Of a DNA stretch of 64,000 nt, positions 48,966-58,377 are shown piece by piece (position 1 is the first letter of the stretch; each line of letters begins with the position of its first letter). The translations under genes and the position numbers were made by a program. Below the pieces are notes generated by a model, which saw nothing but the letters and a program-made list of their open reading frames with translations, was not told the origin of the DNA and did no database searches. Origin of the DNA: an uncultured Verrucomicrobiae bacterium (GTDB lineage Bacteria; Verrucomicrobiota; Verrucomicrobiia; Chthoniobacterales; UBA10450); contig CAVTMK010000002.1 in the NCBI GenBank assembly GCA_963735805.1, positions 384,001 through 448,000 of the forward strand. Reading direction: 5' to 3'.

Positions 48966-50369
48966 GTGAAACGTAAAGCGGTTATAGCTATCACGCTCGG
49001 ATTCGTCGCTGCGGCGAGTATTCGCGCCGAAAAGATTTCGCTCGTTGGCGGTACGGTAATCAATCCCGCGGACGGCAAAGTTTTGCCGAATGCGACCGTG
49101 GTGATCGACGGGGATAAGATCGAACGCGTCGCGATGGGCAGGCAAGACGCGGCCTCGCTAGGGAAGCAGATCGCTTGTGTCGGCAAATTCATTCTGCCGG
49201 GGTACATCGACACGCACGTTCACTTCTTTCAATCCGGCGACCTGTTTACGCGGCCCGACGGCGCCGATCTAAACGGTGTTCGTCCCTACAAAGACGAAGT
49301 TGCCTGGATCAAGAGTCATTTAAACGACGTTTTCCAGCGCTATCTGCGGTGCGGAATCACCAGTGTTGTCGATGTGGGCGGACCATTTTGGAATTTCGAG
49401 GTCCGCAAGACCGCGAATGAAACGGCGAAAGCGCCGCGAGTCGCGGTGGCTGGTCCGTTGATCTCCAGTGTCTCGCGCGAAAAACTCGATCTTGGCGATC
49501 CACCGATTGTCAAAATCGATACACCGGATCAAGCGCGAGAGTTCGTGAGGAAACTCGCGCTGCAAAAGCCGGATCTGGTAAAGATTTGGTACATCGTCGA
49601 TAAAGATCACCCTGTTGAAAGTTTCCGGCCGATCGTGCGCGCGACGATTGAAGAAAGTCACGCGCACAAAATTCGGGTGGCTGTTCACGCGACCGAGCTG
49701 GAAACGGCGCGCGCGGCGGTCGAAGAAGGGGCGGATGTGCTCGTCCACAGCGTGACCGACAAACCGGTCGATGATGCGTTTGTGAAGCTATTGAAAGATC
49801 GGCACACGATTTTGTGTCCAACACTTGTGGTTTTTGAACGCTATGGCCGCACATTTTCTCATCAATTAAATCTTACCCTTGAAGAGCAAAAATGGGGTAA
49901 TCCCGAAGTCATCGCATCGCTCGATGTCACAAAAATCCCGCAGGACAAATTGCCGCAAAGGATCAAGGACGCTCTTGCGAAACCGGATGACGTATTAAAC
50001 CGAATCAAGAAAACTTACGATGTTGCACTGCCAAATTTGAAGAGACTGGAAGGTGCAGGGATCACCATTGCGGCCGGCACAGACGCGGGAAACATCGGAA
50101 CGATCCACGGACCTGCGCTCTTCCGGGAGTTTCAGCTGATGAAAGAAGCCGGCCTGACGCCAATGCAAATTCTTCAATGCGCCACTGCCAATGCGGCGAA
50201 ACTTTTTGACGGCGAGATTGGCGCGCACATTGGCAAGATCGAAGACGGATATTTCGCGGACCTCGTTGTTCTCAATTCGAATCCGCTAGAGGACATCACG
50301 CACGCTTCCGATATCGACATGGTCATCAAAAACGGCGTTGTTTATCCGGCTGATTCCATTTTGCAATAA
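48966..50369 (+). CDS. Secreted metal-dependent amidohydrolase
   Basis: PGYIDTHVH, AVHA, LVHS, GTDAG, AT.NAA and ADLVVL..NPL motifs. Confidence 0.9.
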   Translation: MKRKAVIAITLGFVAAASIRAEKISLVGGTVINPADGKVLPNATVVIDGDKIERVAMGRQDAASLGKQIACVGKFILPGYIDTHVHFFQSGDLFTRPDGADLNGVRPYKDEVAWIKSHLNDVFQRYLRCGITSVVDVGGPFWNFEVRKTANETAKAPRVAVAGPLISSVSREKLDLGDPPIVKIDTPDQAREFVRKLALQKPDLVKIWYIVDKDHPVESFRPIVRATIEESHAHKIRVAVHATELETARAAVEEGADVLVHSVTDKPVDDAFVKLLKDRHTILCPTLVVFERYGRTFSHQLNLTLEEQKWGNPEVIASLDVTKIPQDKLPQRIKDALAKPDDVLNRIKKTYDVALPNLKRLEGAGITIAAGTDAGNIGTIHGPALFREFQLMKEAGLTPMQILQCATANAAKLFDGEIGAHIGKIEDGYFADLVVLNSNPLEDITHASDIDMVIKNGVVYPADSILQ

Positions 50370-50446
50370 TGGACGGAACCTGAAGGCGTTTCCGGACGGG
50401 CCCCGATGTTTGCAGCCAACACGGCTGCTCCTACATTTAGAGTGTT

Positions 50447-51028
50447 GTGCCTTCACTAGTGCTGGCATCCAGTTCGCCGAGACGCGCCACATTGCTCAAC
50501 GAGGGTGGGTTCCAATTTGAAATCGCCTTGCCGCGCGTCGCAGAAAAATTCAGTACGACCCTTACGTTGCGCGAGCTCACGCTCTGGAACGCTATTCGAA
50601 AGGGAATGTCTATTGCGCAAACGCGACCCGACGCTGTCGTGCTTGCGGCCGACACGCTGGTTTCGCTGGAGAATCAAATCATCGGTAAGCCCGTGGATTT
50701 GGATGATGCTGCCCGGATCCTTCAGCGTCTGAGCGGACGAACGCACGAGGTTTGTTCTGCCGTTGCAATTTATCAGCAGACTGCGGGCAGATCGGCGGTT
50801 TTTCATGAAAGCTCGCACGTCCGTTTTCACCGGCTGAGCGACGCAACGATCGAGAGTTATCTTGCGAAAGTGCGGCCCCTGGACAAGGCCGGCGCCTACG
50901 CTGCGCAGGGAAAAGGCACAGAAATCATTGCAAAAATCGAAGGCTCATTCACAAACGTTGTTGGTCTTCCAATGGAGAAAACCGTCGCGGAACTGGCCAA
51001 ATTTGGCATCCGTCCCAAATCGGCCTAA
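50447..51028 (+). CDS. maf: Maf family nucleotide pyrophosphatase
   Basis: LASSSPRR, ADT.V, GKP, LSGRTH, DKAGAY and NVVGLP motifs. Confidence 0.94.
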   Translation: MPSLVLASSSPRRATLLNEGGFQFEIALPRVAEKFSTTLTLRELTLWNAIRKGMSIAQTRPDAVVLAADTLVSLENQIIGKPVDLDDAARILQRLSGRTHEVCSAVAIYQQTAGRSAVFHESSHVRFHRLSDATIESYLAKVRPLDKAGAYAAQGKGTEIIAKIEGSFTNVVGLPMEKTVAELAKFGIRPKSA

Positions 51029-51051
51029 CGAATCAAGCCAATCGGCAAGAT

Positions 51052-52122
51052 TCAAATCAAGTGTTCGCGATTGTCCGATCGGAGTCGAATCGTTTTTGAG
51101 TGCAAGTCGTGCCTTGTCCGAATAAAACGCACAGTTTTGCTTTTGGCGCGCATCAGGATCGAATGCGTGACGGCCGTGACGCCACCATGAGCGCGCACAC
51201 CGCGCAACAACGCGCTATCACTAATCCCAGTCGCGCAGAAAAGAATGTTCTGGCCGTTCGCCAGATCATCGGCTGAAAAAACGCGGTCGAGATCTTTCTT
51301 GCAACCTTCGTCGATCAGGCTTTTTCGTTCTTTTTCATCGCGCGGCCACATTTTGCATTGCATATCGCCCCCGAGACATTTGACTCCAGCCGCAGCGAGC
51401 ACCGCTTCGGGAGCACCGCCGATGCCCATGTAAAGATCGACGTCGGACTCGGGCAGTGAAGGCGCAATGGCCGCGGCGATGTCTCCATCGCCGATCATGC
51501 GCAGCGACGCGCCTGCCGCACGAATTTGTTCGACTATCTCTTTGTGTCGCGGCCTGTCGAGCATCATCACCGCGACGTCCTGGACGCGTTTGTCCACGGC
51601 GCGCGCAACAATCGCCAGCATTTCCGGAATTGGCATTTCGATGTGAAGTGAGTCGCCGCGCTTTTTCATGTAATCGATAACCCGCGGCCCGTAAGCCAGT
51701 TTGGACATGTAGAATGACGGCACATCTCGCAGCGCGACCTTTACTCCTCTCTCGGGACTCGCTGCCGCGATGCAACTGATCGAGTTCGGCGCGCCTTTGG
51801 AAATGTTTGTGGTCCCGTCGATTGGATCGATGGCTATATCGAACCGCGGCGAACCGAGGACCCATGTCCCGAGTTGTTCGCCTTTGAAAATTCCAGGTGC
51901 GTTGTCTTTGATCCCTTCGCCAATGACGACTTCGCCGCAGATGTTCATGAGATCGAACATGCCGCGCATGGCGTCGCAGGCAGCCGCATCGGCTGCTTCC
52001 TTGTCACCGCGTCCGAGCCAGCGCAGCGAATTCAGTGCAGCCGCTTCCGTGGCGCGTACAAAATCCAGCTCGATGATTCGCTCGATGTCCTGGTAATTTT
52101 GTTTCGGTAGTCGCAAAGCCAC
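51052..52122 (-). CDS. glpX: Class II fructose-1,6-bisphosphatase
   Basis: TEAAA, VVIGEG, DPIDGT, LDRPRH, GDGD, GGAPE and ATGI motifs. Confidence 0.94.
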   Translation of the reverse strand: MALRLPKQNYQDIERIIELDFVRATEAAALNSLRWLGRGDKEAADAAACDAMRGMFDLMNICGEVVIGEGIKDNAPGIFKGEQLGTWVLGSPRFDIAIDPIDGTTNISKGAPNSISCIAAASPERGVKVALRDVPSFYMSKLAYGPRVIDYMKKRGDSLHIEMPIPEMLAIVARAVDKRVQDVAVMMLDRPRHKEIVEQIRAAGASLRMIGDGDIAAAIAPSLPESDVDLYMGIGGAPEAVLAAAGVKCLGGDMQCKMWPRDEKERKSLIDEGCKKDLDRVFSADDLANGQNILFCATGISDSALLRGVRAHGGVTAVTHSILMRAKSKTVRFIRTRHDLHSKTIRLRSDNREHLI

Positions 52123-52164
52123 GGGGCGTTAATTTTCACGCAGGTCGCGCTTGATGACAAGAAA

Positions 52165-54831
52165 TCAAGGAGCGACGACTTCCCAGTCCTTGGGGTTGCC
52201 CAAGCCGTTCATCTCCGTTGCCACGTCCGCACGAGGAAAGCCATCTTTAAGAATCAGTGGGATCAGGCGGGTAGACAAAGCTTGCGCGTTTTCGTTTAAA
52301 CCAACTTCAAGCAGCGCGCCCCGATTCCACGATCTAACCGTGGGTGCGCCGTCAAACACGAGATTACCCAGTGAATACGCAATCGGGCAGCCATGATAAA
52401 AGTCGAGCGACTGGACGCAGTGCGGATGCGATCCAACCACGAGGTCGACTCCATGATCAATCAGCCAGCGGGCGAGTTCGTGTTGTTTATCAGTGATGTT
52501 CTGGCTGTTTTCAATTCCCCAGTGAACCAGGCAGACGACGAAATTTGCGCGCTGTCGGGCATTCGCGATTGCGGCGTTCAGGCCAGGGCGATCTGATGCC
52601 GCAGCGATTCGAGGGCCTGCCGTAGACCCAAGATCGTTGACCGCCAAGAGAGCGATTTTTTTCCCATCGAGCAGTGAGAAGAAACTCGGCGTCCAGGCGT
52701 GGTTGTCGCGTTTTCCAACTCCGACAGGTTGGATTTGTTGCTGGGACAAATGCGCTGCGCAGTCGTCCAAGGCTGCCGTCCCGAAATCGAGCGCGTGATT
52801 ATTTGCCAGTCCCATCGCACGGAATCCTGCGCGATGGAGTAATTGCGCGGAGATCTCAGGGGCGCGAAATGCGTAGCGCTGCTGCGATTTGCCGAGATTC
52901 GAAATCGTGCATTCCAGATTTGCCGCGGCGAACGACGCACCGCGTAAAAATGTAGCGATACCCGCAAACGGATCTGTTCCATTCTCGATCTTCGCTGCGT
53001 AACTGCGGCCCAGCATCACGTCGCCGCCAAAAACGAGTGTTGCTGCAGGGTTTGGTGGCGGCACGCGAAACAAATCGAAGCAATTCTTCCTGCGTTCTTT
53101 CAGGAGTCGCCCAAGTGTCAGTGTTTTTGGGACATCCCCGAGCTGGTGCGCGACAAGATCGTTTTCATCGAGAACGCCGACGGGCTCGCGGTCCTCCATT
53201 ACAGAAGCGACGTGTGTCCCGAGATGGACAATCGTGCCACGCTGCAGATCTTCTGCGCTTATCTTCGCTGTGCCTGGTGTTGCTGATCGCGCGACAAGTT
53301 CCAGGTCATCGCGCAGTCTCTTCGGGTCCGACCACGAAACGCGCTGGCCTTGCCGGCGCAGCGCATAAACAATGAAGTTCGCGCAGTCGGCGCCCAGATC
53401 TGTTTCCGGCCCGGTATCTGAATCGTCTGACAATTCGCCGCTGCCAAAAAGGTATGGGAGACCAAACTGTTCACTGATCGCGGCGCGGAAACCGCTGCCG
53501 ACAAATCTCCGCAATTCCAGAATGGGTGTTTCGCAAATTTTCCCGTCTACAACAGCGCGGGCTCGCAAGCGCAACGAGCCACAGTGTAATTCCTGATCGA
53601 ACAAATTGTTGATCCTGCCTATTGACAGCACAAAACTGTGCTGATTGATCGGAAGTTCGTTCCAGACAGGACGCGGTGCTGCATTTGCGACAAAGCCAAC
53701 CTGATCGGTCGACAAATCGGTCACGTTGCAGCGCTGATATTTTGGAATCAGCGCCAACCATTCGATCTTTTCCGGTTTTGTTGTCCAAGGCTCGGTAACG
53801 AGTTCGATCTCGGCCGGATCGTCTGCTGGTATGCGCCAGACATTATCCGTGGAAGCCTGATGGTCTTTAACTTGAAGATGCAATCGTGGCGCGTCGTCAT
53901 TCCAGGTGCCCAAAAGTTGCTGCCAGCGGGCTGTGTCATGTCGCACCACGATCCGTTGAGGCTCGGACGAAATTCGCGCTCGCAGATCTTGTGGTATTCG
54001 GCCGAGATCGAATGCCGGCAGTTTCTTTCCTTTTAGCATCAATTTCTTCGAAAGGTTTGAGTGATCGTTGGCAACCGTCAAAAACGGCTCGAACTCGATT
54101 TGCGCAGTTGGCAACGAGAGTGCCGAACTCAACGCCAGCTTGAGTAGTCGATACGCTTCGTCGTCGTCTTTTAAGTAGGGACGTGAAATGGCAAACGTGA
54201 CGGCGCGAAGGCCTGGCCGTTCGATCACGAAATCCCAGATCCGGTCGAAAGCTGCTTTTTGTTCTGCGGCTGGGAAATTCGTGAAGTAGTCCAGATCAAT
54301 TGTGACAACCAACGGCTGGTTTGAATTGAGATGCTTTTCAAGCGTGTCGAAATCGGAGACGACGTATGATTCGCGGAACGACCCTGATTTTCTCGGCGCC
54401 GCCTCGAGGTGCCCATCAAGTAACGCCGTCGCTCGCTGAGTGCGCTCGCTAATTTCGGCTGCGGAAAGTTTCTCTGCCGGCACCCAAATTACTCTTGCAA
54501 CTGGTGCCGGCATAAGCGGCTCGATCCAATTGAAGCATTGAACAGCGCCTTCACCGCGCCAGCGATCGAGTAACGCTGCTCGATCTCGACGCGATTCGAC
54601 GTTGCGTAACGCATCGCGAATTTTATCGGAATCGAAAATGCCGGACGCATCGGAATGCGCATCGAAAAGGATGAGGGTACACGGCTGATCGAGAGCCACA
54701 TTTTGGGCGAGCCAATAAAACGTCCCGGCGTGATTGTCTTCGATGTAGATTGGCAGAATCTTCCCCGCGGTTGCGGGGCTGGCGGCGATCAGCAGCGCTA
54801 GAATGCATAGCGTCGCCGCTTGCCGGTTCAT
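52165..54831 (-). CDS. Secreted multidomain protein: UPF0489-like, NlpC/P60-like and CapA (metallophosphoesterase) domains
   Basis: N: EDNH, DAHSD, IDLDYF. Middle: PYLFG...DCANF...THVA. C: GDVMLGR, NLE, LANNHALDFG, HWG.E, GSHPH, YSLGN..FD. Confidence 0.8.
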   Translation of the reverse strand: MNRQAATLCILALLIAASPATAGKILPIYIEDNHAGTFYWLAQNVALDQPCTLILFDAHSDASGIFDSDKIRDALRNVESRRDRAALLDRWRGEGAVQCFNWIEPLMPAPVARVIWVPAEKLSAAEISERTQRATALLDGHLEAAPRKSGSFRESYVVSDFDTLEKHLNSNQPLVVTIDLDYFTNFPAAEQKAAFDRIWDFVIERPGLRAVTFAISRPYLKDDDEAYRLLKLALSSALSLPTAQIEFEPFLTVANDHSNLSKKLMLKGKKLPAFDLGRIPQDLRARISSEPQRIVVRHDTARWQQLLGTWNDDAPRLHLQVKDHQASTDNVWRIPADDPAEIELVTEPWTTKPEKIEWLALIPKYQRCNVTDLSTDQVGFVANAAPRPVWNELPINQHSFVLSIGRINNLFDQELHCGSLRLRARAVVDGKICETPILELRRFVGSGFRAAISEQFGLPYLFGSGELSDDSDTGPETDLGADCANFIVYALRRQGQRVSWSDPKRLRDDLELVARSATPGTAKISAEDLQRGTIVHLGTHVASVMEDREPVGVLDENDLVAHQLGDVPKTLTLGRLLKERRKNCFDLFRVPPPNPAATLVFGGDVMLGRSYAAKIENGTDPFAGIATFLRGASFAAANLECTISNLGKSQQRYAFRAPEISAQLLHRAGFRAMGLANNHALDFGTAALDDCAAHLSQQQIQPVGVGKRDNHAWTPSFFSLLDGKKIALLAVNDLGSTAGPRIAAASDRPGLNAAIANARQRANFVVCLVHWGIENSQNITDKQHELARWLIDHGVDLVVGSHPHCVQSLDFYHGCPIAYSLGNLVFDGAPTVRSWNRGALLEVGLNENAQALSTRLIPLILKDGFPRADVATEMNGLGNPKDWEVVAP

Positions 54832-56171
54832 CGGGCTGCTTGAATCTCCGGTTTTTTAGCGAGCGGCGCCCGCAATTCCACGAGCGAGATGCACGTGTCG
54901 CGGTACTGCGTGCCGCGATGCACCGCTTTGATCACAAGCTTAATTTTGTTGACTGGCTTGGCGTAATCGCGGACGCGAATCAGATACGGATTTTCGAATC
55001 GCTCGTCGGGAATACTCTCCGTAAAGGTATGTTCGTCATTCAGCGTAACTTCGAGTTGTGCTATCCGGTTGTTCTTCCACCAGGCCTCTTCCCGGCCGTA
55101 TTCGTAATATCCTGGCCGGATTAAGATGCCATAAAGCGGAAGGGCACGTTTGACGTTAAGCGTTATGCTTTCACCAAGGCCATCGCCCTCGGCGCCTTCC
55201 GCCCAGGGCGTCTGCTCTTCCCGCTGTGGATTGGCCTTTATGTTAACGACGTCGTAGTTGCGTTTGCCTTGCGGAGCCAGTGTTGAGCTTGCCGTCGCAT
55301 CATAGTCGGTGTGATCGAGAAAGTATTGATTGTCCCTAAGGACGTAGGAGGCGTGGCGGTTAAGTTCTTCTTCCGAATAACCTGTCGGATAGGAATCGTA
55401 CTTTGAATGCGCGATGATGCGGATGTCATCCGCCAGCGTTGGTTTCAGGTTCTCAAATGTCCATTCGTAATGGGTGTCGTTGATTTTTTGGAAGCGCTCC
55501 TTTGGTTTTTCGATGGAGACGTCTTCGGGTTCAGGGTGCAGGATATTGATTTCGATTTTCCCTTTGCCGATCGGTCCTTTCCATGTCGCAGCGGGAGAAA
55601 GCGAATACGCGAATGTCGCGTCACTTATGTGTGAGTCGTCCGAAACCGATTCGTCGTTTTCGGCGTACTGCGCATTGTAACGAATCGCGACCTGGCGCGT
55701 TTGATTTCGTTCGAAGGGAATTATCGATTTCTTCCATGATTTAATGGTGGAAACATTTTCTTCCCAGAGTTGCCCGGATTTCGTCTCGTTGGCCTCTTCT
55801 TTCGGTCCTGATACGTTTGTCGACGGCAATTTTTTTCCGTCGACGGTGATCTCGTACTGGCGAATGTCGGCGTTCTTTGTGTCTATATCCGCGTCGGAGT
55901 TTTTTCCCCAACGTTCGACTGGAAAAAAGAAATCCTGTCGCAGTCTGGGCCCCGTGTTGTGCATTTTGTAAAGCACCTCCACGGCCGCGTACTCGGGATG
56001 CAGGTCAATCTTTAGCGTTTCGTCCTCGATCGTAACCTCGGTTTTGTGATTTTGGTTCGAGGCGCTTGCGCTACCAGTCGCAGGAACGCCGGTCTGCCAG
56101 GCGCCGCCATTGGCTAAAAGCGCACTGGTCCAAACGACAAGCAACGCGATCCCGGGCAACAGTTGTTTCAT
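54828..56171 (-). CDS. Secreted protein, DUF4424-like N domain plus discoidin-like C domain
   Basis: Signal peptide ending A|NGG; Y.LSPAATWKGPI; ASSTL...WAEG..GDG.GE.I...DTCIS. Confidence 0.7.
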   Translation of the reverse strand: MKQLLPGIALLVVWTSALLANGGAWQTGVPATGSASASNQNHKTEVTIEDETLKIDLHPEYAAVEVLYKMHNTGPRLRQDFFFPVERWGKNSDADIDTKNADIRQYEITVDGKKLPSTNVSGPKEEANETKSGQLWEENVSTIKSWKKSIIPFERNQTRQVAIRYNAQYAENDESVSDDSHISDATFAYSLSPAATWKGPIGKGKIEINILHPEPEDVSIEKPKERFQKINDTHYEWTFENLKPTLADDIRIIAHSKYDSYPTGYSEEELNRHASYVLRDNQYFLDHTDYDATASSTLAPQGKRNYDVVNIKANPQREEQTPWAEGAEGDGLGESITLNVKRALPLYGILIRPGYYEYGREEAWWKNNRIAQLEVTLNDEHTFTESIPDERFENPYLIRVRDYAKPVNKIKLVIKAVHRGTQYRDTCISLVELRAPLAKKPEIQAAR

Positions 56172-56229
56172 TTCGGACGTTTAACATACCGTGGCGGCGC
56201 TTGGCGAAGCGAGAATCCGTGAACGCTGT

Positions 56230-57831
56230 TTATTTTTCCATTCCAGCGACGTGATCGGCGTGTTCGTGGGCGCTGTGAGTGTGTAAAGAGGGGCGGATAC
56301 GCAGAAAAAACTGAAAAGCGTATCCAAGATCATCGCCGTAGTAACGATCTAGCCGATCGGGTCGATCGTTTAAGGTGAATTGAGTGCCCAAGCCGATGTC
56401 GAGTCCGTTGCCGTGCGTTAAATCGCGCACGTAACCGATGGTATATCCGCCAACGGGAAAAATGCGGGATTCATCCGGTGGATCGAGAACCAGTTCGTGT
56501 CCGGATTTTTGCACTCGCTCCCAGCGGAAGTAGACGGTGTCGCGCCCGCGCTGGTAATTTGATTCGATCAGGAACGATTGCGTTTTGCCTTCATCGGTAG
56601 CGTTATTCTGGCCCCACACAAAGGTGTTCGACCAATTGGTGTCGCGACCGAGCGGCAGATTGTAAATGGCCGACGCAGTCGTGCGATGGACGTTTATCTG
56701 AGGCTCGAGCGCTTCCGGGCTTTTGATGTAGCCCTGCGAGACTTGCAGAGCCAGATTTTTGGTCGGGTTCCAGGAAATCCGGCCGCTGTAGGAATCGAAA
56801 CGCGGCCGGTCGAAATCGTAACGATCTTCGTCTGGTTCGCGCCCAGTGAAAATGCTCCCTTCGATTTTGATATTACGCCAGACCAGACCGGCCGTGGCCA
56901 CACCGAAGGTGATATGCGTCGAGTCCTGCCAGTGATGTCCGATCGGCGCATCGGGATCATCCATTGCCGATGGACGGTGCATAAAGGAGGGCTGTCCCAG
57001 CGCCGGTTCGCCAGGATAACCAAAATAGGCATATGCGCTAAAGTCGTGATCGAATTTTTGTGAGAGGCTCACTGAGAGTTCGTCGAAGAGATCGTGTGGA
57101 TGCTGGCGATCGTGGAGCGGTTGATCGTGCCATGATTCGCCGGTTTGAAATAAAAGCGGATAACCGCGTCCGCCTTCGGTAAGGGGATCGATACTCATCA
57201 TTAGGCGCGCGCCGATCTGTGTGCTGTCGCCGAGGGGATGCGAATACATTCCCATGAACCAGTTCGGAGCGTCGATTCGATCGTCGCCGCGTCGCGTACT
57301 CACGTTGGTGTAACGGGGGAAAATTGCGCCATGTAACATCAGCATGTTCTCGCCGAACATGAACATTTTTCCGTACATCGGCGATGAATCCGGCAGCCAA
57401 CTGGTTCCGGATCCTTCGCGGCTCATCGGATCGGCAAGGTCGACAGTCGAATGCATTTCCATGTGCATCTCGTGGTCCATATGTGCAGGCGGAAGCTGAT
57501 GTGTTTCGTGGGCCGAATGCGACTGATGAAGCATTTGATTGCTGTTGGAAGTGGACCGTTGAGCGTCTGATTTATCCGAGTTGGTAGTTGAATGTTTCTC
57601 TTCCCCCAATGGCACGAGTGTCATTCCGCACTTCGGGCAATTGCCGGTATGATCCGTAATCACTTCGGGATGCATTGCGCACGTGTATTTCTGTTTCTTC
57701 TCGGGCTGGTGTTGCTCATGATGGGAATCACCGGCCGGCCGATTGAGGTCAATTGCTCCTACCTGTCCGACGACGCTAATAGCGATCGTCATTGTGCCGA
57801 TGAAAGCAAAAAGCTGTTTTTGCATTTTCAT
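56230..57831 (-). CDS. His/Met-rich heavy-metal-binding protein with probable outer-membrane barrel domain
   Basis: YTCAMHPEV...CPKCGMTL metal motif, His/Met tract, SGTSW.P and DRQHPHD motifs, amphipathic strands. Confidence 0.8.
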   Translation of the reverse strand: MKMQKQLFAFIGTMTIAISVVGQVGAIDLNRPAGDSHHEQHQPEKKQKYTCAMHPEVITDHTGNCPKCGMTLVPLGEEKHSTTNSDKSDAQRSTSNSNQMLHQSHSAHETHQLPPAHMDHEMHMEMHSTVDLADPMSREGSGTSWLPDSSPMYGKMFMFGENMLMLHGAIFPRYTNVSTRRGDDRIDAPNWFMGMYSHPLGDSTQIGARLMMSIDPLTEGGRGYPLLFQTGESWHDQPLHDRQHPHDLFDELSVSLSQKFDHDFSAYAYFGYPGEPALGQPSFMHRPSAMDDPDAPIGHHWQDSTHITFGVATAGLVWRNIKIEGSIFTGREPDEDRYDFDRPRFDSYSGRISWNPTKNLALQVSQGYIKSPEALEPQINVHRTTASAIYNLPLGRDTNWSNTFVWGQNNATDEGKTQSFLIESNYQRGRDTVYFRWERVQKSGHELVLDPPDESRIFPVGGYTIGYVRDLTHGNGLDIGLGTQFTLNDRPDRLDRYYGDDLGYAFQFFLRIRPSLHTHSAHEHADHVAGMEK

Positions 57832-57840
57832 TTACGTTTT

Positions 57841-57907
57841 CTGTAGTGGCAGCCGTGTCGGCTGTGGCGGATCTGCGCAAATGCAGGCGGCACGCCTGCC
57901 GCTACAG
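57841..57907. repeat. Inverted GTAG-type REP doublet
   Basis: CTGTAGTGGCAGCCGTGTCGGCTG ... GCAGGCGGCACGCCTGCCGCTACAG. Confidence 0.8.
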
Positions 57908-57943
57908 CGGAAGATTGGCGACCCGAAGGCTTTCGGGGCCAGG

Positions 57944-58333
57944 TCAGGCCAGGGACGGCGGAGCGTGAGCGAGAAGGCTCCGCTGCAGAATCAGTTCAGC
58001 GAACGAACGCGCATCCGGTGGTCCAGTGTCGAGAAACACTGGCCTCTGGACAGTTTGCAAATGGTCAAGTCCTGCGACTCCTTCCGCGTAAAATTCGGCA
58101 TCGGAAAAAGTCGCGTGGTCAGGGTTCCAGTTCTTGGCGACAACCGGAACGATCGCGCGCAAAATTTTGCAGCACTGCGCTCCGGTCGGCTGCTTTTCTT
58201 GTTTCGCAGGCTTGGAATGAAACGGGCATCCGCTTTGCACGGAGTCCGTCTTTATTGCCAGCGAAGCAAACGCACAATGATTTGAAATCGCAAACCATGA
58301 GCAGATCGAAACTGCTACGACTACGAAACGCAT
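57944..58333 (-). CDS. Small exported Cys/His protein ending in a HAPP motif (DUF2946-like)
   Basis: Hydrophobic N-terminus, HC, CPFH, CC, TGPP and C-terminal AHAPPSLA. Confidence 0.65.
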   Translation of the reverse strand: MRFVVVAVSICSWFAISNHCAFASLAIKTDSVQSGCPFHSKPAKQEKQPTGAQCCKILRAIVPVVAKNWNPDHATFSDAEFYAEGVAGLDHLQTVQRPVFLDTGPPDARSFAELILQRSLLAHAPPSLA

Positions 58334-58377
58334 GACATGTTTCACGTTCAACCTAATCGTGCAAGCGGCGCGAGCGC

